The notes: generated by a model from the letters alone, not told the origin. 64,000 nt of DNA from Dehalococcoidia bacterium (GCA_963663235.2 CAXXNO010000012.1:352001-416000); one strand, 5' to 3'; shown: positions 17,735 through 26,245, counted from the first letter of the stretch. Numbers and translations are program-made.

Positions 17735-18648
17735 TGACCATCGACTGGACCGCCGCCGACGGCGTCACCGTCAGCCTGGACCGGGACCCCCGCTGGGCGC
17801 TCTTGAGCATAAGCGGGCACGGCGCCCCCGATACCGACCTCCTCACGACCGGCAACCCCGATCGCGATGAGCGCCTCCCGCTCCACGCCGTCGCGCAGCC
17901 GCGACTGCTCTCCCTGACCCTCCGCATCGAAGGCGAATCCCTCACCGCCTACGAAGCCAACCGCGCCGCGCTGGCCGCGGCCTTCGCCCCCTGGCGCGAT
18001 GCGGGCACGCGCAGCCGCCCGGGCGCTCTGGCCCTCACCCTCGCCGACGGCCGCCGCCGCGCGCTGCGCGCCGTGCCCCGGCAGGGGCTGGCCTGGGCGT
18101 CGGGGCGACAGCGCGGCACCCGCACCGTCGAGTCGGTGCTGCTGGAGGCACCCGATCCATTTTGGTACGACCCCACGCCCCGCACCGGCGCGGCCACCAT
18201 CCAGAGCCCCGGCAACCTCCGCTTCGATGCCGTCACCGAGTTGGGCTTCCCCGCCGGCTTCGGCAGCGACCGCCCCAGCGCGGTCGTCACGGTGACCCAC
18301 GAAGGCAGCGTCCGTAGCTTCCCGCTCTTCACCGTGCCCGGCCCCTCCATCAATCCCAGCTTTCGCCTTGGCGCCTCCGGTTTCTCCGTGGCCTTCTCCC
18401 TGACCGTTCCTCAGGGGCTGACGCTCCAGGTCACCTGTGGGGCGCAGCCGGACGGCTCCGTCGACGCCCCCAAGGCCGTCCTCATCGATGACCTCGGCGG
18501 CGAGTCCAACGTCCTCGGGGCGCTCCGCAGCGGTTCCCGCTTCTGGGCGCTCGGGCCCGGTCCGAATACCGTCGTGCTCACCCAGGACACCCCCGCGGTC
18601 GGCACGGTCTTCAACTATCAGTTCTTCCAACGCGAAGTGGCGGTGTAA
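17734..18648 (+). CDS. Distal tail protein (Dit-like)
   Basis: LEAPDPFWY, VTHEGSVRSFP, FWALGPGPNTV; TGATG overlap with the tape measure. Confidence 0.8.
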   Translation: MTIDWTAADGVTVSLDRDPRWALLSISGHGAPDTDLLTTGNPDRDERLPLHAVAQPRLLSLTLRIEGESLTAYEANRAALAAAFAPWRDAGTRSRPGALALTLADGRRRALRAVPRQGLAWASGRQRGTRTVESVLLEAPDPFWYDPTPRTGAATIQSPGNLRFDAVTELGFPAGFGSDRPSAVVTVTHEGSVRSFPLFTVPGPSINPSFRLGASGFSVAFSLTVPQGLTLQVTCGAQPDGSVDAPKAVLIDDLGGESNVLGALRSGSRFWALGPGPNTVVLTQDTPAVGTVFNYQFFQREVAV

Positions 18649-18651
18649 CCC

Positions 18652-19674
18652 ATGGCTGAAGAGAGTTTCCCCTTCCAGGAACTGGCGGACGGCGACCGCA
18701 CCGTGAGCGCGGCGATGTTCGCCAAACACATCGGCATGATCCGCTCGCGCGGCGTGATCAAGTCGGTGGACAACGGCCTGGCCGTCAGTCAGTCCTCACC
18801 GGCGGCGATGAGCGTCGATCTGGACACCGGCGCGGCCTTCGCCGGAGCCACCCAGTTGCGCGCTTACCGCAACACGCTCGCACGCACCATCACCATCGCC
18901 GCCGCCGACCCCACCGACCCTCGCCACGACCTCGTCGTCCTGGACATGAACACGGACACGGGCCCGCCCGACACCCGACGCGTCACCACGATGATCGTCC
19001 AGGGCACGCCCGACCCCTCCCCCTCCGACCCCGCCCTCGTCCAGACCGAGACGCACTATCAACTCGCCCTCGCCCGCGTGCTCGTCGGCGCCGCCGTCGC
19101 CAGCATCGTCGACGCCAACATCACCGACCTCCGCACCTACTCCACCCCGCTCAACGCACCAACCGGCGGCCTCACCCGGGAAGGCGGCAACACCACCGAG
19201 GCGACCACGACCAGCACAAGCGCGGTGGACCTCGTCTCGATCACCAGCCTGAGCGTTGCCACAGGCTCTCCCATCGACGCACGCGGACTTGCCCGCAAGT
19301 CTGGTGGGGCCGCCTCGAATGGCGGCATCGGCCTAAAGATCAACGCGACTGTGGTGTCAGAAGCCAACGCGACAGCAGGTCATGGAGGGGCGGTCTGGAC
19401 AGGAAGCACCAACGCCGACCGAGCGGAAGCAGGGGCCTTCCATGTTGTCGGGTTTGTCGCCCAGACGAATTACGCCTTTACCCCGGCGATCTCGACGTTC
19501 AGCGCTGAGGACACCGTGCCGCAACTCATCTACGCGCAGGTTGATTCTCTTGGCTCAACGGCCGAGTGGCCCGTCGCGACGCTCACCTCGTTCATCTTCC
19601 GCGCGATCAGCGGCAACGCATCGGTCACTGTGGGACTCGATGAAGTCCATCTCTACAGCCTGGCGGTGAGTTAG
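18652..19674 (+). CDS. Minor tail / fibre (receptor-binding) protein
   Basis: Baseplate-anchor-type N-term (MSVDLDTGAA, AADPTDPRHDLVVL, YQLALARVLV, ITDLR) plus beta-rich C-term. Confidence 0.72.
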   Translation: MAEESFPFQELADGDRTVSAAMFAKHIGMIRSRGVIKSVDNGLAVSQSSPAAMSVDLDTGAAFAGATQLRAYRNTLARTITIAAADPTDPRHDLVVLDMNTDTGPPDTRRVTTMIVQGTPDPSPSDPALVQTETHYQLALARVLVGAAVASIVDANITDLRTYSTPLNAPTGGLTREGGNTTEATTTSTSAVDLVSITSLSVATGSPIDARGLARKSGGAASNGGIGLKINATVVSEANATAGHGGAVWTGSTNADRAEAGAFHVVGFVAQTNYAFTPAISTFSAEDTVPQLIYAQVDSLGSTAEWPVATLTSFIFRAISGNASVTVGLDEVHLYSLAVS

Positions 19675-19676
19675 CG

Positions 19677-20147
19677 ATGCTCTACATCTTCGCCGGCTTC
19701 CCACGCTCCGGCCTCAACGCAGGCGGCATCCAGCACCTCATCGAGCGGGTGGAGGAGATGGGCGTGCTGGAGCACAACCCCACGGTCCAGACCACGAAGG
19801 AACACACCGACACCTGCCGCACCGACAAGACGCTGGACGAATACCTGCGCCTTGGTGAGCCCGTCCCACTCGCGGCGCTGCAACTAGTGAAGCAGCGTGT
19901 CCGGCACGAGGGCTGGGAGACATACGAGCAGCGCTGGCGACCGGGGACTTGCCCGCAACAGAGTCACCTCGTCCATCTGACGTGGCTCATCACGGGGCAG
20001 CCACTGCCCGAAGCCGCCTACGAACGCCTCTGCGAGATCATTGAACGCGGCGCGCGACCTGAGCCGCGTGACGCCTACGAAGATAAACACTTCTCCGAGA
20101 TCCGACGCTGGGACGGCAAGCGCTCCCAGGTGCTCGCGGGAGTGTAA
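19677..20147 (+). CDS. Hypothetical protein in the tail module
   Basis: ATG 2 nt after the fibre stop; 156 aa. Confidence 0.55.
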   Translation: MLYIFAGFPRSGLNAGGIQHLIERVEEMGVLEHNPTVQTTKEHTDTCRTDKTLDEYLRLGEPVPLAALQLVKQRVRHEGWETYEQRWRPGTCPQQSHLVHLTWLITGQPLPEAAYERLCEIIERGARPEPRDAYEDKHFSEIRRWDGKRSQVLAGV

Positions 20148-20190
20148 GCGTGCCCACCCCCGAACAGGCCATCATCAGAGAGAGTCAGCC

Positions 20191-20466
20191 ATGCCCCGCA
20201 ACTTCCGCCAGATCAGCACCGGCAGGTACCTCGCCCGCTTCGACGACCTTCAAACCATGACGCCGGCCGGCCACCTCGCCCACGTCGCCGCCGAGTACGG
20301 CACCCCCGCCGCCGACCTCGAACTCATCGAGACCGCCGTCGACCTCCGCGACCCCGTCCTCATGATCAGCCCGCCCCCGCCCGATCCCGCAACGCTGCCC
20401 GACCCACAGGAGCAGGACTTCACCCCGCAGGAACGCAAGCGAATCCGCACCGCCCTGCAGATCTAA
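20191..20466 (+). CDS. Hypothetical protein (possible fibre chaperone)
   Basis: ATG after GAGAG; host-like codon usage; 91 aa. Confidence 0.55.
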   Translation: MPRNFRQISTGRYLARFDDLQTMTPAGHLAHVAAEYGTPAADLELIETAVDLRDPVLMISPPPPDPATLPDPQEQDFTPQERKRIRTALQI

Positions 20467-20517
20467 CGAGAAGCGTGACCGCCGTTCTTCAATCTCACGA
20501 CGCCTAGGTCGCCAGCG

Positions 20518-21645
20518 ATGCCGAACCACGAGATCGTGCTCTTCCACCGCAGTCCCGCCCAGGAGATTCGGGCCATCCCGCCCTTCACCGCCCTGGACTG
20601 GACCCGGCGCTTCCGCGGCAGCGGCGCCTTCCGCGTCGAGATGCCGCTGGAAGCGGGCGCCGCCATCGCCGGCGGCGACGTCCTCGACATCGAGCTCGAC
20701 GGCCGCGTCGATCTCTCCGGCATCGTCCAGCGTCGCACCATCGTCTTCCGCCCCCAGGAGGCGCCCGCCTGGCAATTGGAGGGAATGGATCTGACCTGGT
20801 GGCTGCACCAGCGCGCCATCGTGCCGCCCGGCGGCTCGTCCCACGACGAGCAGATCGGGGTGCCCGCCGAGGACGCCATCCGCCACTACATCGATGCCCA
20901 CCTCCTCAACCCCACCGACGGCGCCCGCAAGATCCCGGTCTCCGCGGCGCTCGAGACGGCCCACAGCCCTCGCCTCGGACCCAACGTCACGATCCGCGCT
21001 CGCTACGCCAAGCTGGCCAAGGAGGTGGACCGCATCGCCGCCCTCGCCGACCTCGGCTACGCCGCCCTCCGCGACGACGCCGGCTCCATCAGCTTCCGCG
21101 TCCTCGCCCAGCGCGACCGCTCGGCCTCTTCGCCCCAGCCGGTGATCTTCTCCCCCAACCTTGGCACGGCAGAGGAGATGACCTTTGTCGAAGACACGGT
21201 CGGCAGCCGCAACGCCGTCTACGTCCTCGGCAGCGGCAGCGGCAGCGGCCGCCTCGTGGAGACCGTGCTCGACGCCGCCGACGTCACCGCCCGCTGGCGC
21301 CGCGAGCTCGCCCTCGACGCCCGCGACGCCACCACCAGCGCCGCCGCCATCGACGCCGGACAGGCCGAGCTCGCCCGTCAGGCCGTCGCCCGCCTGCGGC
21401 TGCACGCCCTCCCGGCCGCCCTCGGCCCGCTGGCCTATCGTCTCGACTGGGATGTCGGCGACCTCGTCACGCTGGACATCCCCGATCTCGCGCTGCGCCT
21501 CGATCGCCGCATCGAGGAAGTGCGCTGCTCCGTTGACGACCGCGAGCCGCTCCGGATCGACCTAGCCTTCGGCGCCCCGGCGCCGGACGCCACCAGCGCG
21601 CTGCGCCGCCTCGATGAGCGCACTGCGCCGGGACGCTTCACTTGA
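20518..21645 (+). CDS. Siphovirus ReqiPepy6 gp37-like minor tail (Tal/hub) protein
   Basis: LDWTRRFRGSGAF, VIFSPNLG, NAVYVLGSG, YRLDWDVGDLVT. Confidence 0.82.
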   Translation: MPNHEIVLFHRSPAQEIRAIPPFTALDWTRRFRGSGAFRVEMPLEAGAAIAGGDVLDIELDGRVDLSGIVQRRTIVFRPQEAPAWQLEGMDLTWWLHQRAIVPPGGSSHDEQIGVPAEDAIRHYIDAHLLNPTDGARKIPVSAALETAHSPRLGPNVTIRARYAKLAKEVDRIAALADLGYAALRDDAGSISFRVLAQRDRSASSPQPVIFSPNLGTAEEMTFVEDTVGSRNAVYVLGSGSGSGRLVETVLDAADVTARWRRELALDARDATTSAAAIDAGQAELARQAVARLRLHALPAALGPLAYRLDWDVGDLVTLDIPDLALRLDRRIEEVRCSVDDREPLRIDLAFGAPAPDATSALRRLDERTAPGRFT

Positions 21646-22067
21646 GCGCCCTGGACGCGGCCGTCCTGACCACCGCCTGCGCCGGGCTGATCACCGCCCT
21701 GGCCCAGTGGTTTCGCCTGTTCGGGCCCCGCCGCAACGGGCGCAAGGCGGTGATCCGCTATTTCGAGGCGCGCCTCGCCGCCACCGAGGCCGCCCTGGCC
21801 GATTGCCTGGAGCGGACCTCTCCCCGTCACCGCACCCAACCCGGCCGCTGGCGCCGGCCCAACCCGTTCGTCCAGAACCCTGTCCTGAGCAGAGTCGAAG
21901 GGCCTGTCCTGAGCTCCCTCGAAGGGCCTGTCCTGAGCACAGTCGAAGGGCTCCGGCCTCTTCCCCCTCTCCATCGCTTGCGACGGAGAGGGGGCCAGGG
22001 GGTGAGGTTCATCTTGAGCATGCACACAACCCGCGCAACGAAAGGAAACTGCGACCATGAACCGTGA
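21642..22067 (+). CDS. Membrane/coiled-coil lysis-module protein with repeat-derived C-terminus
   Basis: N-terminal hydrophobic helix, coiled coil, then PVLSRVEG-like unit x3 from the repeats. Confidence 0.5.
   Translation: MSALDAAVLTTACAGLITALAQWFRLFGPRRNGRKAVIRYFEARLAATEAALADCLERTSPRHRTQPGRWRRPNPFVQNPVLSRVEGPVLSSLEGPVLSTVEGLRPLPPLHRLRRRGGQGVRFILSMHTTRATKGNCDHEP
21864..22008 (+). repeat. Three tandem 24-bp A units plus one B unit
   Basis: CCTGTCCTGAGC-NNNN-TCGAAGGG at 21879, 21903, 21927; B at 21963. Confidence 0.9.
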
Positions 22068-22296
22068 CTTCCCCTGGGGGTTGCCGCCCGGCTCCGTGCG
22101 GGCGCTGCTGGCCGCCATCGTCCTCGCCGTCTGGGCCGCGCTCGATCTGGGCGCCGGGCCGGACGCCGCGGCGCCCGATGCGGTCCGCGCCAGGGCCGCG
22201 GCCGTCGCCGCCGGCTACGGCCTGATGCGCACCCGGGGCGAGAGCGACGCCGCCCGCGCCGCCACACCGTACAGGGGCGAGCACGATGGCCGCTGA
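22057..22296 (+). CDS. Holin-like small membrane protein
   Basis: AAAGGAA RBS; WGLPPGSVRALLAAIVLAVW; upstream of the lysin. Confidence 0.55.
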   Translation: MNRDFPWGLPPGSVRALLAAIVLAVWAALDLGAGPDAAAPDAVRARAAAVAAGYGLMRTRGESDAARAATPYRGEHDGR

Positions 22297-22300
22297 CCCG

Positions 22301-22607
22301 CCGTCCGTCCGTCCTGAGCCTGTCCTGAGCGAAGTCGAAGGGCCTGCCCTGAGCTCCCTCGAAAGGCTGCCGGCCTCTTCCCCCTCTCCGTCCTTCCCGG
22401 GAGGGAAGGATGGAGAGGGGGCCAGGGGGTGAGGTTCGTTCTGACCTCCGCAAAGGGGCTCCCCTGAGCGAAGTCGAAGGGCCGGCCGAAGGACCTGCCA
22501 AACGGCAAGCGGCCCCGCCCGACTCCCACACTCCCCCTCTCCATCGCTCGCCGATGGAGAGGGGCCGGGGGGTGAGGTTCCCCTGAGCAGTGTCGAAGCA
22601 CGAACGG
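22301..22607 (+). repeat. Composite A/B palindrome array between holin and lysin
   Basis: B at 22380 and 22533; A at ~22311, 22319, 22343, 22461, 22580. Confidence 0.85.
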
Positions 22608-22657
22608 CTCATCGCGGCCCGCCCGGCGCCGATCCCGTCCGTCGCTGCCCCCCCCTG

Positions 22658-23221
22658 ATGCGCGAGCTCCGCGACGCCTGGCCTGTCCCCCGGGAGCGGC
22701 CGCCCCTCAGTCTCTGGGCCGCCCTCATCGACACCGAGAGCGGCGGCCGCCCCGACGTCATCAGCGTCGCGGGCGCGGTGGGACTCGGGCAGGTCATGCC
22801 CTCCGACTTCGCCGGCTACTCCGCCCGGCTCCGCCGCATGTTCCGCGACCGCCCCACCACCGCGGCCCTCCTCGACCCGCGCACCAATCTGGAGTGGTCC
22901 TTGCGCATCCTCGTCACCCTGGGCTACCGCCGCTGCCGCTCCTGGCCCGCCGCCCTCATGGCCTACTTCACCGGCCGCTGCGACGCCCCCACCGCCACCG
23001 ACGCCACGGGGACCAGCGGCGCCCACTACGTCCGCCTCATCCTCGCCCGCCAACAGCGCTACCGTGACCTCGACGCGCCCCCGCCGCCGCCCACGGCCGG
23101 CGATTCAGACGTGAGTCGCCGTGTCGATGCCCTTACTGACGACCTGCAACAGCTCCGCGCCCGCGTCGCCCAAAACAACGCCCGCATCCGCGGCATCGGG
23201 AGAGCCGCCGTGGACGGTTGA
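22658..23221 (+). CDS. Lytic transglycosylase (SLT) endolysin
   Basis: ALIDTESGG, AGAVGLGQVMP, LLDPRTNL, ALMAY; C-terminal coiled coil. Confidence 0.85.
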   Translation: MRELRDAWPVPRERPPLSLWAALIDTESGGRPDVISVAGAVGLGQVMPSDFAGYSARLRRMFRDRPTTAALLDPRTNLEWSLRILVTLGYRRCRSWPAALMAYFTGRCDAPTATDATGTSGAHYVRLILARQQRYRDLDAPPPPPTAGDSDVSRRVDALTDDLQQLRARVAQNNARIRGIGRAAVDG

Positions 23222-23397
23222 CTCGCCCCTCGCCCGATCTCGGCGCGGACCGCCCTCCCGCATTCTCGTTCTCCCCTAGGGATCGTCGGGTGGCGGCATG
23301 AGCGCAATCCCGATAGCAACGCGGTCCCGCCCTCGCCACCCTTGTAGTGCCCGCAGAAGCGGGGATGTCCGCACCAGCAGACCGAAGGAGGGACGGC

Positions 23398-23643
23398 ATG
23401 GACCAGAACCAGCTCACCCAAATCGAGTCCTCGATTCTGGAGACGATCGCAACTGCGTCGGCCCAGAGCTACGAGGAAGTGCCGGTCCGGCGCATCGCGT
23501 CGCGGATCGGACAGGACGTGATCCAGGTCGAGCGCGTGCTCAACGATCTGATGGACCAGCTCGAAAGCACCAGCCAGGCGGATCTCCTGATCGAAGCGCG
23601 CCGGCGCGGCCTGATCATCACCCCCGAGCGCCGCGTCGCCTAA
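23398..23643 (+). CDS. Small LuxR-C-terminal-like HTH protein
   Basis: GAAGGAGG RBS; IASRIG..VERVLNDLMDQLE..QADLLIEARRRGLI. Confidence 0.55.
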   Translation: MDQNQLTQIESSILETIATASAQSYEEVPVRRIASRIGQDVIQVERVLNDLMDQLESTSQADLLIEARRRGLIITPERRVA

Positions 23644-23726
23644 TCGCCGCGCCACGCGGTCGGCCCTGGTCCGCGCCCGCTCCTCAGGGCGCGGACCAGG
23701 AAAAACGCCGGACGGCGGCGCGCCGC

Positions 23727-24776
23727 CTAGGGCTGGAGCGCCGCACGCACCGCGGCCTCCAGCTCCTGGACCGTAAGCGTCCCCTCGAAGCGGGCGCTGA
23801 TCCGTCCGGCCGTGTCCACCACGAACACCCAGGGCTCACTGGGCAGGCCCCATTCCAGGAACGCCGCCGCCTCGCGCAGGGCGTCGGGCTCATCCGGGTT
23901 TTCGAATACCTCCACGTGGATCGCGCGCACGGCGGGCGCATGCGCTCGCCACACCTGCTTGACGATGTCCATCGTGGGTCCGCAGGTGCGCGAGTGGCAG
24001 AACGCCGGCGTGGCGAACGCCACGATCAACGGTCCTCCCTGGTCCAACGCTTCGTCCACGCTCAACTGGTAGAGCCCCGGCTCCGGCGCCAGGTCCGACG
24101 TGAGCCGCCGGATGTCCGGCTCGTCCGCCAGCGTCCGCGTGCGGCTGCGCGGCGCTGGATCGCCGACCGCCGGCGCCTGCGGCCGTTCCCGCACGCTGAG
24201 CCGGAAGCGCACGGTGCTCGCGTCCGCGCCGCCGCCGCGCGGCGTGATGCGGAATTCCAACCCCCATACGCCGGCGTGCGTGAAGGTGACCGGGACCACG
24301 TAGACGCCGGCGCCAACGGAGCGGGCGTCGTCGGAGGGGCTGCCGTCGGCATGCCGGTGCGGCGTCGGCACCGGCGACTCCGCCCCGTAGGGGATGAAGG
24401 CCGCCGGCTGAGTGCTCACCGCGTGTTCCCGGTCCCGCTCCAGGTCGTAGAGGCTTGCCACTACATCCACGTCGGACACGATGATCGCGTCTGCATCCTG
24501 CACGACGAAACTGAGCCGCGTGGGACCGACGGCCAGATCGGCGTTGGCGAGCGTCGGCAGGTATGCCAGGTCGGCATCGACGCGGATCACGTCCCAACTG
24601 TCCGCATCCGCCGGGAGCGCGCTCTGCGACGAGCCGCCGCTCAGCGCCAAGACGGCCGCCGCAATCGCGACTCCGGCCGCGGCCGCCATCAGCGCCGCCC
24701 CCACCACTGCAATCCGCCGCCCGGTCCACTGCACTCGGTTCAGCACCGCCGCCCGCCCTTTCTTTTGGGCGGGCAC
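23727..24776 (-). CDS. Membrane-anchored protein with C-terminal thioredoxin-like domain
   Basis: N-terminal TM segment; FATPAFCHSRTCGP, WGLPSEPWVFVVD. Confidence 0.7.
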   Translation of the reverse strand: MPAQKKGRAAVLNRVQWTGRRIAVVGAALMAAAAGVAIAAAVLALSGGSSQSALPADADSWDVIRVDADLAYLPTLANADLAVGPTRLSFVVQDADAIIVSDVDVVASLYDLERDREHAVSTQPAAFIPYGAESPVPTPHRHADGSPSDDARSVGAGVYVVPVTFTHAGVWGLEFRITPRGGGADASTVRFRLSVRERPQAPAVGDPAPRSRTRTLADEPDIRRLTSDLAPEPGLYQLSVDEALDQGGPLIVAFATPAFCHSRTCGPTMDIVKQVWRAHAPAVRAIHVEVFENPDEPDALREAAAFLEWGLPSEPWVFVVDTAGRISARFEGTLTVQELEAAVRAALQP

Positions 24777-24797
24777 CAGGGTATCGGGCCGTCTCCG

Positions 24798-26096
24798 CTA
24801 GACGAAGCCCCGGAGGTCCAGCGCTTCGGCCACTCGCTCCACGCCGATCATGAAGGCCGCGTTCCGCAGGCTCACGCCGTCATGCCCGGCCCGCGTCTGG
24901 ATCGTGCCGTAGGCGTCGCAGAGCAACGTCTCCAACTCATCGTTCACGCGCTCCAGGCTCCAGCGGTACTGCTGAATGTTCTGCGCCCACTCGAAGTAGG
25001 AGACCAGCACACCCCCCGCGTTCGCGATAAGGTCCGGCACCACTACCGTGCCCCGGCGCTGCAGCTGCCAGTCGGCGTAGGGCGTCAGCGGCCCGTTGGC
25101 CCCCTCCACGATCACGTCCGCCTGCACCGTGTGCCAGTTGTCCGCGTGGATCACTCCACCCAGCGCCGCCGGAACCAGCACGTCGCATTCCACCTCCAGA
25201 ACGCCATCGGAACTCAGAGCCCAGGCGTTCGGAAACCCCACCACGCCACCGCTGGCATCGACGTGGGCCTGCACTGCCGCTACATCCAGGCCGTCGGGCC
25301 GGTGCACGCCACCCGTGACATCGGAGACCGCCACCACGCGGCAGCCCAGATCGCACAGCCATTGCGCCGCGTACACGCCGACGTTCCCGAACCCCTGCAC
25401 GGCGACGCGGATCCCCTCGGGGTCCCGGCCCAACGCCCGCAGCGTTTCGCGCGTGACAAGTGCCACGCCCCGGCCCGTCGCTTCCATCCGGCCCCGGGAT
25501 CCTCCCATGGCCAGCGGCTTGCCGGTTACGATCCCCGGCGTGTGGCCGTAGCGAGCCCCGTACGCGTCCATCATCCAGCCCATCGTCTGGGCGTCGGTGC
25601 CCATGTCGGGGGCCGGGATATCACGGTTGACGCCCAACAGGTGCGCGATGTTCTGCGTGTAGGTCCGGGTGAGCCGCTTCTTCTCCTCTTTGCTCAGCGC
25701 CTTGGGGTCCACCTGCACGCCGCCCTTGGCCCCACCGAAGGGAATGTCCACCAGCGCCGTCTTCCACGTCATCAGTGATGCCAGCGCCCGGACCTCGTCC
25801 AGATCCACGGACGGGTGATAGCGAACACCGCCTTTGTACGGCCCCCGCGCGCCGCTGTGCTGCACCCGGTAGCCGGTGAAAACCTCTAGCCGCCCGTCGT
25901 CCATGCGCACCGGCACTTCCACGTGCAGTTCGCGGTAGGGCCGTGCCAGCAGCGTCACGATCTCGGAATCGATGCCCACGCGCTCCGCCGCCTCCATGAA
26001 GAAGTAGCGGGCCGCCTCCCACGGCGACATCGCGGCCGCCGGTGGCCCCGCTCCTCCCACCTCCGGCTCGACGTCCCTGACCACGGCGTCGCCCAT
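24798..26096 (-). CDS. gdhA: Glutamate dehydrogenase (Glu/Leu/Phe/Val family)
   Basis: GPYKGGVRY, GGAKGG, PAPDMGT, VQGFGNVG, EGANGP. Confidence 0.92.
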   Translation of the reverse strand: MGDAVVRDVEPEVGGAGPPAAAMSPWEAARYFFMEAAERVGIDSEIVTLLARPYRELHVEVPVRMDDGRLEVFTGYRVQHSGARGPYKGGVRYHPSVDLDEVRALASLMTWKTALVDIPFGGAKGGVQVDPKALSKEEKKRLTRTYTQNIAHLLGVNRDIPAPDMGTDAQTMGWMMDAYGARYGHTPGIVTGKPLAMGGSRGRMEATGRGVALVTRETLRALGRDPEGIRVAVQGFGNVGVYAAQWLCDLGCRVVAVSDVTGGVHRPDGLDVAAVQAHVDASGGVVGFPNAWALSSDGVLEVECDVLVPAALGGVIHADNWHTVQADVIVEGANGPLTPYADWQLQRRGTVVVPDLIANAGGVLVSYFEWAQNIQQYRWSLERVNDELETLLCDAYGTIQTRAGHDGVSLRNAAFMIGVERVAEALDLRGFV

Positions 26097-26245
26097 GACG
26101 ATCTCTCCCTAGGCGCGCCGCGTCCCAGAACCGACCGGGCCGGCGCGGGCGCGCACCCTCTCAAGGATGATCGGTTGGGGGGGGGCTCCGCCGTATCGGG
26201 GTTTTCCCGCAGGAGCGTCTCGCCGTCCGAACCCGGCGCGGCCGA

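Larger units (their letters stand above)
5336..23221 (+). mobile_element. Virion-morphogenesis/lysis cluster (GTA-like element or degenerate siphoprophage)
   Basis: Canonical terS-terL-portal-protease-MCP-neck-tail-lysis order; no integrase, replication or repressor gene recognised. Confidence 0.85.

Noticed and set aside
16408-18729. Long antisense ORFs (773 aa here; also 23298-25778, 39655-41484, 15003-16679)
   Set aside because: Shadow ORFs of high-GC coding strands, lying opposite motif-supported genes and lacking recognisable motifs
21879-21950. Tandem 24-bp units with a variable centre, resembling a mini-CRISPR
   Set aside because: The variable part is only 4 nt, there are no spacer-length unique sequences and no cas genes; these are family-A palindromes
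5336-23221. Complete inducible prophage, tailocin or contractile injection system
   Set aside because: No integrase, replication or repressor genes and no att repeats seen; head and terminase genes argue against a tailocin; there is no sheath gene
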